Source: Azolla caroliniana
Taxonomy: Eukaryota; Plantae; Polypodiophyta
Direction: 5' to 3'
DNA: 13,946 nucleotides
Assembly (NCBI GenBank): GCA_043228905.1
Contig: JBHGNT010000912.1
Span: 1-13,946, forward strand
Shown here: in pieces, positions 1-9,019 of the stretch
How the letters are laid out: each line of letters starts with the position of its first letter
How positions within the stretch are numbered: the stretch's first letter is position 1
Translations under genes and position numbers: made by a program
Notes under the pieces: model-generated
Told to the model about the DNA's origin: nothing
Database searches by the model: none
The model's input: only the letters and a program-made list of their open reading frames with translations

Positions 1-869
1 CGTGTCCGACTTTGCCATATCCGGACTTTTCCGAACCCGTACATTTCTTCCAACACTTGCTCTCCCGGTGGTCTTTCTTGCCACAGTACCAACATTCCAT
101 TTCGGCCTTTGCTTGTAGTTTCCGACGCCGATTTGACTCCCCCTGTTTCCGGAGGGTCCGGAATTGTTGTAGGCATTTCGATTATGCCTTCAGTTTTGTT
201 CCTATCGGCCGCCTCCATTGCGTGATAACCTGCCTCGTCCACACGACCATGGGGTCTATCCTCCTTCGTGTACAACATCTTATTATTGGTGTATGTGCTC
301 GTCGACGCACCTATGTGGTTCTCTTCAACGAGAAGCATTGATTGCAACTCGAAGAATGACAACATACTCTCTCTCGTGCAGAACACCATCTGGAATGGTC
401 CAAACTTAGATGCCAACCCACCGAGATAGACCTGCACCATTTTTTCCTCCTCAACATACACGTTGATGGATGTGAGAGAGTCGCAGATGTCTTTGGTCCG
501 GGAGGTGTAATCATCCACCGACATGTCTCTTTGTCAGACGTTGCTCAGCTCCTGTCATAGTTGTAGCTTTCAGGCCGTGGTGCTTGCGGCGAATATTTTC
601 TTTAGATTTCCCCAAGACTCCTTTGACGTCTTAGTGTCCCGGATGTAGCTCAGTAACTAATCACTAACATTGGATGTGAAGCAGTAGAGAACTCTACTTG
701 CCGACTATTCCCAAGCCGGAAAATCCTTGTGTGTCGAATCCGATGCTAAATCATTTACTCCTTCGACATAACTCCAATACCCATGCCCTAGCAGATACTG
801 GTGCATCTTGTATGAACAAGATGCTTAGTTTCTCCTATCGAGCTTCTCCGTTGGAAGCGAGCTTCCCAT
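1..869 (-). pseudogene. gag: Degenerate copia Gag (UBN2/Retrotran_gag_2-like region plus zinc knuckle)
   Basis: Manual minus-strand translation from ATG 869-867: MGSSLPTEKLDRRN*ASCSYKMHQYLLGHGYWSYVEG...KESWGNLKKIFAASTTA*KLQL*QELSNV*QRDMSVDDYTSRTKDICDSLTSINVYVEEEKMVQVYLGGL...FFELQSMLLVEENH. After a frameshift comes CWYCGKKDHRESKC (CX2CX4HX4C, 94-53). Six in-frame stops lie at 825-827, 705-707, 657-659, 570-572, 555-557 and 534-536. The ORF track misses this frame. Confidence 0.92.
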
Positions 870-904
870 ATCTCAGTTCATTTCTCTGCTTGTTTGTTCT
901 TACC

Positions 905-1348
905 TGTTGAGATACAAGCTCAACGTTGGGTGCGTAAACGGGCGCGTAACCTAGTGCGTAGACTGGGTGTGTAAAACCATACGCACAAAGGCCGTAACGG
1001 TGCATAAAACGAGAGGCCGTTAGAGCGTTATTCCTCGTAAGGAATAATTTTGGGAGTTAGTGTAGGAAGCTCATTAATGAGCATTGAAGTACGTGTCAGT
1101 ACTTTGATAGTACTTTTGTCTGTCCGTAAGGACTTGTATAAAAAGCGGTGATTGAGTGCATCTTGTATAGAGTGACAGAGAGTTATTTTTGAATCTAAGT
1201 TCTTGTGTTCTGCTCACACACACTCTCTCTCTCTCTCATTCTCTCTCTCTCCTGCATACGTTGTGTTGTGTTCAAGCTCTCCATTAAACCTTCTCTTTCT
1301 GTTACACGGTTGTGTCTGTTACACTTCCGCATACACTATTCTTTTACA
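905..1348 (+). mobile_element. Solo LTR (444 bp) nested in the copia leader
   Basis: Begins TGTTGAG and ends TTTTACA. It is flanked by a perfect 5-bp direct repeat TTACC (900-904 and 1349-1353). It has a TATA-like TATAAAAA at 1137-1144 followed by a CT-rich tract, and shares sequence blocks with the LTR at 1434-1809. Confidence 0.9.
1215..1251 (+). repeat. (CA)n(CT)n microsatellite inside the solo LTR
   Basis: cacacacactctctctctctctcattctctctctctc seen directly. Confidence 0.9.
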
Positions 1349-1421
1349 TTACCGGGTGTTAGGTCTTGGTAACTTTGTGTTCTTGAGCTCTTGTCAGCAG
1401 CAAAGGATGTTCAACCCTCAC

Positions 1422-1433
1422 ACTCCAATACCA
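1422..1433 (-). other. Primer binding site (tRNA-iMet type, degenerate)
   Basis: Minus strand reads ...CTTTACA|TGGTATTGGAGT directly after the LTR end; the canonical plant iMet PBS is TGGTATCAGAGC (9/12 match). Confidence 0.8.
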
Positions 1434-1809
1434 TGTAAAGATGAATATGCGAAAGCTAAACAAACCTCAACCAGCTCGGCAAGATAGCAACAGAAAGCAC
1501 AAAGAATGGAATACAAAGAGTAGGTGAGTGAGAGAGAGAGAGAGAGACAACGAGCAAGACAAAATATCTCTATATCAAAATACTCTAAAAACTCTATACA
1601 TATAATGTGCTCTGTGAGCATTTTTATACAAGTCCTTGAAGGACTGACAAGTACTTCAATGCTCGACACTAACTCCTAAGAATATGCCTACATACTAGGC
1701 TAGGATTGTAGACCTCTAACGGCCTACCGGTTACACTCAAATTTGGACACCGATTCAGCTCTTGTCTTATTCAGCCAATACGGATCATGTTGAGCTTGAT
1801 CGCTCAACA
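1434..1809 (-). repeat. 5' LTR of the copia element (376 bp)
   Basis: Minus strand begins TGTTGAGCGATCAAGCTCAAC and ends CTTTACA next to the PBS. It contains TATAAAAA (forward tttttata 1621-1628) and a CT tract (forward GA repeat 1530-1547). Confidence 0.85.
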
Positions 1810-1978
1810 AATATGAATATCAATTCAGAGTTCTTGTCATTCCATCATGAAAGGTTTCATAATTTATAGGATCATAGGGTCAATTTACAATATCACAAAT
1901 CCATAATGATTTGGAATTTAATTTAACTTTAATCTAATGCTTATAAGTGAGATCATATTTCCTGCATATTTTGTATAG

Positions 1979-2190
1979 CTGTTAGCCATAGAAGAGTACT
2001 TGAAGCTACAAATGTTGCACAAAGCTTTAGTTTTGAAGACGTTTGAATTGCGACCAACAATTTCAAAAAAATCCTTGGTAAAGGTGGTTTTGGCATTGTA
2101 TATAAGGGCATTTTGGAAAATGGAGTGGTTGTATCAGTTAAAGTTTTATCCACTGCATCACACCAAGGAGTAGAAGAATTTCTTAATGAG
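1979..2190 (+). pseudogene. Orphan exon of a receptor-like kinase (juxtamembrane plus kinase subdomains I-III) with a premature stop
   Basis: AG acceptor at 1977-1978 and GT donor at 2191-2192. Translates to [69 protein letters not shown], with the GxGGFG loop, VxVK lysine and EFLNE followed by the phase-0 intron typical of plant RLK/Pelle genes. TGA at 2044-2046. Confidence 0.92.
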
Positions 2191-2206
2191 GTATTTGCAA
2201 AAATGA

Positions 2207-3151
2207 ATTGAGGTGCGGTTTCATCATATATGAGAGCTCGTAATGGAGAAGAAGCTTGAAGTCCAGAAGATCGACACCGAGGCGAATATCACTGATTGCT
2301 TGAGAAGCTACTCCTAGATCAACGCTTCAGAACACTGAGGACAATGGTGCAACTACAACAAGCGATTGAGTAGAAAGAAGCTAAATGAACGACAACAAAA
2401 GGGAAGATGAAGACCGACCCGGTTGGGCAAACCAAGAAGGCAAAATCCAAAGACTCAGAATACGGATGAAGATGCAACATTGAGCAAGGATGTTGACTAG
2501 AGAGAAAACGATCGACATACAAGCAAATCCAAAGACACACCGAAGATCCAGTGAGGAGCTCGGGAGCTAGCACAAGCGGGAAGCAGATCGACTAAAGACC
2601 AAGAGTCGGAATCACATGAGTCCATTTGAGCAAACGAGTCAACGCGGAGGTAAATTGATCTGAACAAGTCAATCAAACTGACTCAGACATGCCGACCCAG
2701 ACAACATACAATCCAAAAGATCAGTCAAATTAGGCTAGACACCGACCTTACCTTTGTTGGTTCGACCGAGTGCCGATAGTCTTGTGTGTATACTTGTAAC
2801 TATAGATTAGATTTGTAATCTAGGTTCACGGGGGAGATAACCCCAATTATTTATATACATAGGAAACAGTAGACCTTTTACAGGGGAGTTTGTTAGCATA
2901 AACGGCCAACTCCTTCCATTTTTTATCGTTCGTGTGAACACATTCTCTAGTTAGGGCTTGAGTACATAAGCTCAAAGCTAACATTGTAAAGGTCTTGGAG
3001 TGAAAAGAGTTACAGATAAGAGCATAAGAGAGAACTTCCATTGAAGCTTAACCTGTGCCTATCTTCTACCTTCCTTCTCTTTGTTGCATATCTGTGTTGT
3101 TTGTTGTACACATCTTACCTTGCAGGTCCTTATCATATTCTTCATCTAACA
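2207..3151 (+). mobile_element. 5'-truncated Ty1/copia remnant: RNase H C-terminus, about 0.5 kb 3' UTR, PPT, 3' LTR
   Basis: 2207-2373 translates [31 protein letters not shown], then after a frameshift KLLLDQRFRTLR...*. This matches the copia RNase H end (KHIdvRyHfiRe...N.AD..TK.L). A purine tract AGGGGAG at 2882-2888 precedes TGTTAG at 2891. Confidence 0.88.
2891..3151 (+). repeat. 3' LTR of the second copia remnant (261 bp)
   Basis: Terminal inverted repeats TGTTAG (2891-2896) and CTAACA (3146-3151), 2 nt downstream of a PPT. No second LTR is present to confirm the ends. Confidence 0.7.
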
Positions 3152-4229
3152 TATTACAACATGTAATAAAAATACGTCATACTTTCAATTGGATCATTTA
3201 ATCTTGGTCCTTAGAATATGGTTTTAGAACCACTTTGCACAACTGTCTTAGGGCATGGTAAAGAGTATCATGTGCAACTAACAAGTAGAAAGAGCGCTAT
3301 TATCTAATATAAAATCATCTTAGTAAATACTAGCTCAAAGAAAACATCTCTGGTTACTATGGTATGAAATAACATTTGTTTGATATGAGAATTTAATAGT
3401 CCCAAGGATAATCTCTTGAGTTCTACAAATTGATAATGATTATGCAATAATCCTAGGTGTGAATACAAGGGCATACCATGTCATGTATAAGCAATATATG
3501 TACATATCATTTACATTGTTATTATTTAGGCTACCTAAAAAATGTCAACTTGATCACTTTGTGGCAACCCACCTTCAATTGGATGGATTTTTGGCATTAT
3601 GATCCATTTGGATATTTAGTCAACAACCTATTATTGACTTTCATTTCTTCGAATTCTCTTTGAGATAATGTCTTTATGGTTGTATGGAGACTGAGCCTCC
3701 TTATAGTTTATCCAAAGTTGCGTTACATGGGCATTCTCAAATATTCCCATTCTCCAAGGAATTTATAGAGGCATCATGAAGCAAGTGTCATATTAATAAA
3801 TTGTATGTTTTGAACTCTTTTTCCTTCACTTGCAAGTTGCATCTATATCTTACGATCTATATAATTGCTAGAATGTTTGCTAGTATTTTTGGCGCCCATG
3901 TATGAATATCGAAGTTCATGGCTTTGCAATTTAATGATATTCTGAAAATTTGAGCAGTCCTATGGAAGTGCCAAAACTTTTAAGCATTACTCTTGGCGTA
4001 AAGGAGTACATTCACTGTCATTGCATTAATAACATAACACAATGTCATTGCCAAAAAATTAAATCACTTCTTCTTTTGTTAACCATCATTGCAAATCTCA
4101 ATTTAACTATTAAGCGTCACATTTATTTCTATTAGAACTTGGTATGGAAATATAGGAGAGACAAAGCAAGAAGTATGTATATTATATAAAAGTTTGCTAA
4201 CAAGGGATGTATATTTGATATAAATAAAA

Positions 4230-4473
4230 GGGAAAAGTACCAGGATACCCCTGGAAGTTCGTATATTTACCAGAATGCCCCTAGAAGTTCCAAATTTACC
4301 AAACTACCCCTATGTCCAAAAATTTACACTTTATAAAGTAATTATACACTCAAATCTTTGGTAAATAGGGCTTGTAGATTTGACTGTATAATTACTTTAT
4401 AAAGTGTAAATTTTTGGACATAGGGGGAGTTTGGTAAATTTGGAACTTCCAGGGATATCCTGGTACTTTTCCC
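4230..4473. mobile_element. Mutator-like (MULE) foldback MITE, 244 bp
   Basis: Left end GGGAAAAGTACCAGGATACCCCTGGAAGTTC matches the reverse complement of the right end at 30/31 nt, and the inverted repeat continues to the centre. Perfect 9-bp TSD TAAATAAAA at 4221-4229 and 4474-4482. G-starting long TIRs with a 9-bp TSD are the Mutator signature. Confidence 0.93.
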
Positions 4474-4986
4474 TAAATAAAACATTAAAGTTACTAGTGC
4501 AATTAATTGTTTTTGTGTTTCTTTACAGTTATACTATGGGAGACAATGATGGGTAAAATAAGCAATGTCAATTATATACAACAACTTGAGATGCTACGAT
4601 TATTATAAACAATATCATTTTATGAGTTTCATACTCCTTGTCTATCAACTATGTATAGCAGCAAATCAATGTAAACAAATGTAAACATCCTCGTATTTTA
4701 TATCAATGTATAAAGAAAGTTGTAACCTTCTTGGTTGCTAGGTTCAAGTTGTAGCCTTTGAGCGTTTTGTTCTTAATACTATTGAAGAAAATCTTTAAAA
4801 AAAAAAAACTATAGCAGCAAATCAGTTGAGTTCTAGTAGAATTAGAAACAAGCTTGTAGTGTTTATGTACCATCTAAAATCTACACATGTGCTTATACAT
4901 AAGGGCTTCGAAATAGGTGTGCTGCTAAATTACATTACCAAGACTATTAAATTTAAAATTAATTGGGTACTAATATATTTTAGACT

Positions 4987-5854
4987 TTGACCTAGAACAA
5001 TATTTCTTGTTATAAACAAAAGGGGTCAACCTAGGATTTGTACCATGCATTTTGCAAGATGTGCTCCAAATGTAGGCATTATTTGTGGGGGGCTAAATCA
5101 AAGAGTATTTCATGTGTTGCATAAAGGCACTTTTGACCTTCATATACCATTTGGTAAGTTTGACAATATCAAGGCACATATAAACCACAACTGTAAAGCT
5201 CTATTCTCTATGACATAGTTTGCCTTTGAACTTGGAGGTCATGTGTAATGTGATCGATTTTATAGTTTTACATAACATTTCACATTGCTTTACATAAATT
5301 AGACACACATAATATATGCACCCACCCAATCTATAACTCATCATAAATTTGCATAATAGAAATCATCATGCAAAATGAGGGTTAGATGTAGGAAGACAAT
5401 ATGGCTTTGAGTTAGTAATTCCTAGCAAAATGTAGTTATTATCACATGATGCTTACATTCGCAGTCAACAGTGAATGAAATTTTTTGTACACATAAAACT
5501 TGATGTTTTGGGAGCATTGTGGTAACGATGCCACGTTTCTTGAGGTCCTAAGTGTACGTATATTATTTAACACATTTACAAAGAGTCAAATGCTACTGTT
5601 AGAGGTATGATAAGTATTCAATATGCGCGATACCACCGAAAAAGTGGCATTTACGGTTATGAACATTCAAAGGAGAAATTCGAGCAAGAAAACATGGATG
5701 GTTCTTGAGCTACACTAAGGGAATTGCTACACTCAAGAGCAAGTTCTTCTTTTTTGTCGCTACACTGTGATGACAATAACAAATATTTTTCCAAGAGATG
5801 TGCGAGCAACATTTCTTTACGAAACTTGTTCACAAAATGATTGCACAAAGTCAA
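4987..5854. promoter_or_regulatory. Cluster of six W-box motifs (TTGACY) upstream of the receptor gene
   Basis: TTGACC 4987-4992, GGTCAA 5024-5029, TTGACC 5133-5138, AGTCAA 5463-5468, 5584-5589 and 5849-5854. Function is inferred only. Confidence 0.5.
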
Positions 5855-5947
5855 TGCGGAACTAAACAAAAGAAAATCAAACACTCTTTTATGTGTGTGT
5901 CATATATACTAATACTCTTGAGTCTTAAGACTCTGATTTTTGTCCTC

Positions 5948-6663
5948 ATGGCTCCATACTCTCCCCTAATCCTCGTCCTTCTCATTGTCTCTAGCTTCAC
6001 CGCTTGGCTCGCATCCGCACAATCCCCTCCCGGATTCCTCAGCATCGATGTCGGATCCGCGGAGACTGCTAATTACACTGACCCAACAACCGGGATCGTA
6101 TGGACCCCGGACACCATCCTATGGCCACAACTTGCGGATTGGTCGACCACCTCCACCCTCGGTCCCCCGTCGGCCGATTTCGCCGATCAGAAACAATACC
6201 AGTCATTCCGATACTTCAAACCCCCTCCAGCATTAGCCGGATCCCCTAGCCCTTCCAAGCTCTGCTACTCCCTCCCTGCCCAAGGCAACAAGTACTACTT
6301 GATCCGTGTTTTCTTGTGGTGCGGCACGAACCTCGCATCGGCCTCGACGCGTGTCCCTGGGGTCCTCAGTTTCCATATCATCATTGACAGCTACGTCGGG
6401 CCGCAGATCGATGTCTCGCTCCCGCAAAGGACTGCGTCCGTGGAGGAGTTCTACGTGCAAGCTCTCAATGGGAGCACCTCGGTGAATCTGTGCTTCTCGG
6501 CGGAGTCTGATGTGAGCGATGCCCCATTTGTGAATAGCATCGAATTGCGGCCTCTAGTCGACAAATTGAACGCCATCAAGGTCTTGAACAGCTCTAACAG
6601 CGCCCTACGGGCCATGTCCCGATACGACTTGGGTGCCGCGGATAATAGCCCGCCGATTATCAG
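5948..6663 (+). CDS. Malectin-like domain receptor (probable LRR-I type malectin-like LRR receptor kinase), coding exon 1
   Basis: ATG 5948 gives a signal peptide (MAPYSPLILVLLIVSSFTAWLASA|QS), then malectin-like motifs GFLSIDVG, YTDPTTGIVWTPD, YQSFRYF, CYSLP, KYYLIR, VNLCF and PFVNSIELRPL. The exon is clearly GC-richer than its flanks. Donor AG|GTAAAT at 6663/6664, phase 2. Confidence 0.92.
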
Positions 6664-9019
6664 GTAAATAAACAAGGCATTGCATACAAAAGCTAAAGCA
6701 CAAAGCACAAGCTGTAGTTGTGAAAGAAGTTATGTCACCTACTCTATCCGCATGATACATGTCATACATATTGTTGGTTGGGCAATACACATTACACACA
6801 TCTTAAAGGAGCTTATGGTCATGCGAACCCAAACTTGTGCATGGTTGTTTCTGTGTAGTTAGTGTTCCCTAGACACAAATATGTCTTGTGAATGCTATTG
6901 CATCGCCACACTTGAAACTATTTATTAGCTAGTTCCGTCTTGAGGATTAGTGTCGATACCATGGCATAATTGCAACCGCTCATATTCTAAAAACTTTGCA
7001 TAGTTGTACAAGAAGTGGAAACTTTAGTATTCTCCTTTACTCTTTGCTAGGAAGTTGCAATATAAAATAACTAATCAAAATTAGGGGGCAGAAATCTGAA
7101 AAACATGTAGTAAGAGTTTAGTAATTTGTCAACATAAACAAATTTAGAAAATCCCTCATGTAAAAGTAGATAGGGTGATTTTTTCTCTCGATAAGGTAAG
7201 ATAATTGTTTAATCTCTCTCGGCGGCTTTTAAGATATTTCAAATTCATTGTTAGAAATTTCAAAAATAAGAGTTTTCTAGGTACCATGGATAATATCATA
7301 GAACTACAAACCTCCATTTGAAGAGTTATCAATGTTATATAGAGCTTTAACATTATAAAAGTGAATAATCTAGTGATTTCAACATCGACAAATCATCTAG
7401 AGTGGGAGAGGCGATAAAAAGAAGCCCTAGAAAATAGTTCACACAATTGTTTCGTGCAAAGATGGGTTTAAAATTTTAAGGATATTACACCCTCATTGCA
7501 CCAACTATAGCCACCAATTTGCTTATGCCTTTTTTACCATTTTTGTCTCTCTTGACAAATGAGAAAGATGCTTCACAAGACACTCGGGATATATACTTGT
7601 TTTGGATGTATTGTTAGAGTCAAAAGAAAGCAATGTTTTATGAAAATTACATTTTTTGGTACGCATAATATTTTGACATTGTTTTTGTTGTGGACATCAC
7701 AATTTAAAAAGGTTTTGTACCATGCACAAAGGCATTGTCAATAAATGTATTAGAAAATGATTGTTTTGTGTACTTAAGTAGGCCTTTCTCTAGCTGTACA
7801 TGTTGAATTACCTCTCACTTCATAGTAAAAGATCCTCTACACCAGTCCAAAACTTTGCCTTTTTTAAGACAAATATAGCGCAAAACACTACCCTCACTAG
7901 ATTCACTCGATTATGTCAAAGTATTAAAACATTTGTTTGGTAAAGTTTGTGTGCATTAATGTTCACACACAACAAAACATGGGCTTCCAAGTTCCAGTGT
8001 GGAGAGTCAATTCACTTTATATGAAGATTTTTCTCAATTAGCCTCCAAATGGATAAGAAATTAACAAGTCTTTTGATATATTTTTGGATAGGCAACATTT
8101 GCCAAAATGTTAAAGCCTATATTTTGAAACGACTAGTGTAATGAAAAAATATGGATCAACATATGATGATCATATGGAATATGCAAGTTTGATGAAGAAT
8201 TCTTTGCTCAATGTTCCATTTGTCTCTTGAAACAAGTTACAACAAGATTGTTTTGGCATTGTGTGTCAATGCAAGGCCCCTTTCCATGATAAGACATACC
8301 AATAGCCCAACAAAGTCACATCATTAAGTAGTGCATCATAGACCCAAAGATTAGATCTAGAACTTAGATAATTATCAAATATGCATGAATTGGTCAAATA
8401 ACATATTTTGAGTTATAAAATAACAAAAGAGATAAGACTTGATCATTTCTCTCATGGACAACTTAGGATTCATAACTTGCATACACATTAATAGTGTGAC
8501 AGCACTATATATTTTATATAATGATATTATTGGATACATGCATATTATTATACAATTCTTTAGAGTTCATTGAGATTGTTAAAAAGTCAACTTAGGACGT
8601 TATTGATTTTATTGTAAACGATTGACCAACAAATTCAAGTCCAACTGCATCACAAAACATTTTGTTGTAAACTTTTGTCTCCTTTGCGTAGGAAGAAAAG
8701 TATATTAAGAAGTCATATTGTGAATATGTTTAGGCGATAATTTTCACAAACAACTGGATCACGTTTTTTGGTGCAACAAGAAAAAATATGGTGATTCAAA
8801 TGCACTCGTTATGCATATTATTTATTTATTCATATATTACCCCATATTATTGCTTGTGGCCGACAAGAAATTCAAGCGAAAACCAACAAAACAAATATTT
8901 TCAAGCAAGGATACTACAAACAAATGTGAAAGTGGAAGTGGGCCTTTCAATGTGATATGTGTGTCACCAATTAGTTTGCACATTCAGACTAATCAAAATA
9001 ACATGGTTCAACATTGTAG
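6664..9019 (+). other. Intron 1 (2356 bp, GT-AG, phase 2)
   Basis: Splicing joins AG+A to give ...PIIRFPTDSLDRFW, restoring the family motif iRYPdD.yDR.W; the sequence between is AT-rich. Confidence 0.88.

Larger units (their letters stand above)
1..1809 (-). mobile_element. Ty1/copia LTR retrotransposon, 5' portion (5' LTR, PBS, leader with nested solo LTR, gag), decayed; continues past window start
   Basis: On the minus strand the order is LTR (TG...CA, 1809 to 1434), tRNA-iMet-like PBS, leader, then a gag frame starting at ATG 869 with a copia-type Gag sequence and a CCHC knuckle. Confidence 0.9.

Noticed and set aside
12-910. Small ORFs 12-341, 218-409, 311-514 and 698-910
   Set aside because: They are antisense or off-frame shadows of the minus-strand gag pseudogene and have no motifs of their own.
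1810-1855. Possible short upstream exon ending AAG|GTTTCAT, cut by the copia insertion
   Set aside because: The phase would fit the next exon, but the required frame has a stop at 1814-1816 and no recognisable motif.
2044-2046. TGA in the kinase exon rescued by U-to-C RNA editing or readthrough
   Set aside because: U-to-C editing in ferns and hornworts is organellar; this is spliceosomal nuclear sequence, and the exon has also lost its downstream partners.
4238-4324. 28-30-bp direct repeats as a CRISPR-like array
   Set aside because: No spacers, no cas genes, eukaryotic context, and fully explained as MITE subterminal repeats.
5721-5740. TGCTACACTCAA resembling a miR397 target site
   Set aside because: Partial match with central and flanking mismatches, located in probable promoter rather than transcript.
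5798-5947. 50-codon N-terminal extension of the 289-aa ORF from ATG 5798
   Set aside because: AT-rich, UTR-like composition; ATG 5948 gives a clean signal peptide where GC content rises. Upstream in-frame ATGs cannot be fully excluded without TSS data.
8811-9019. First 70 codons of the 236-aa ORF as a separate gene start
   Set aside because: Intronic open frame; family similarity begins exactly at the AG acceptor 9019/9020.
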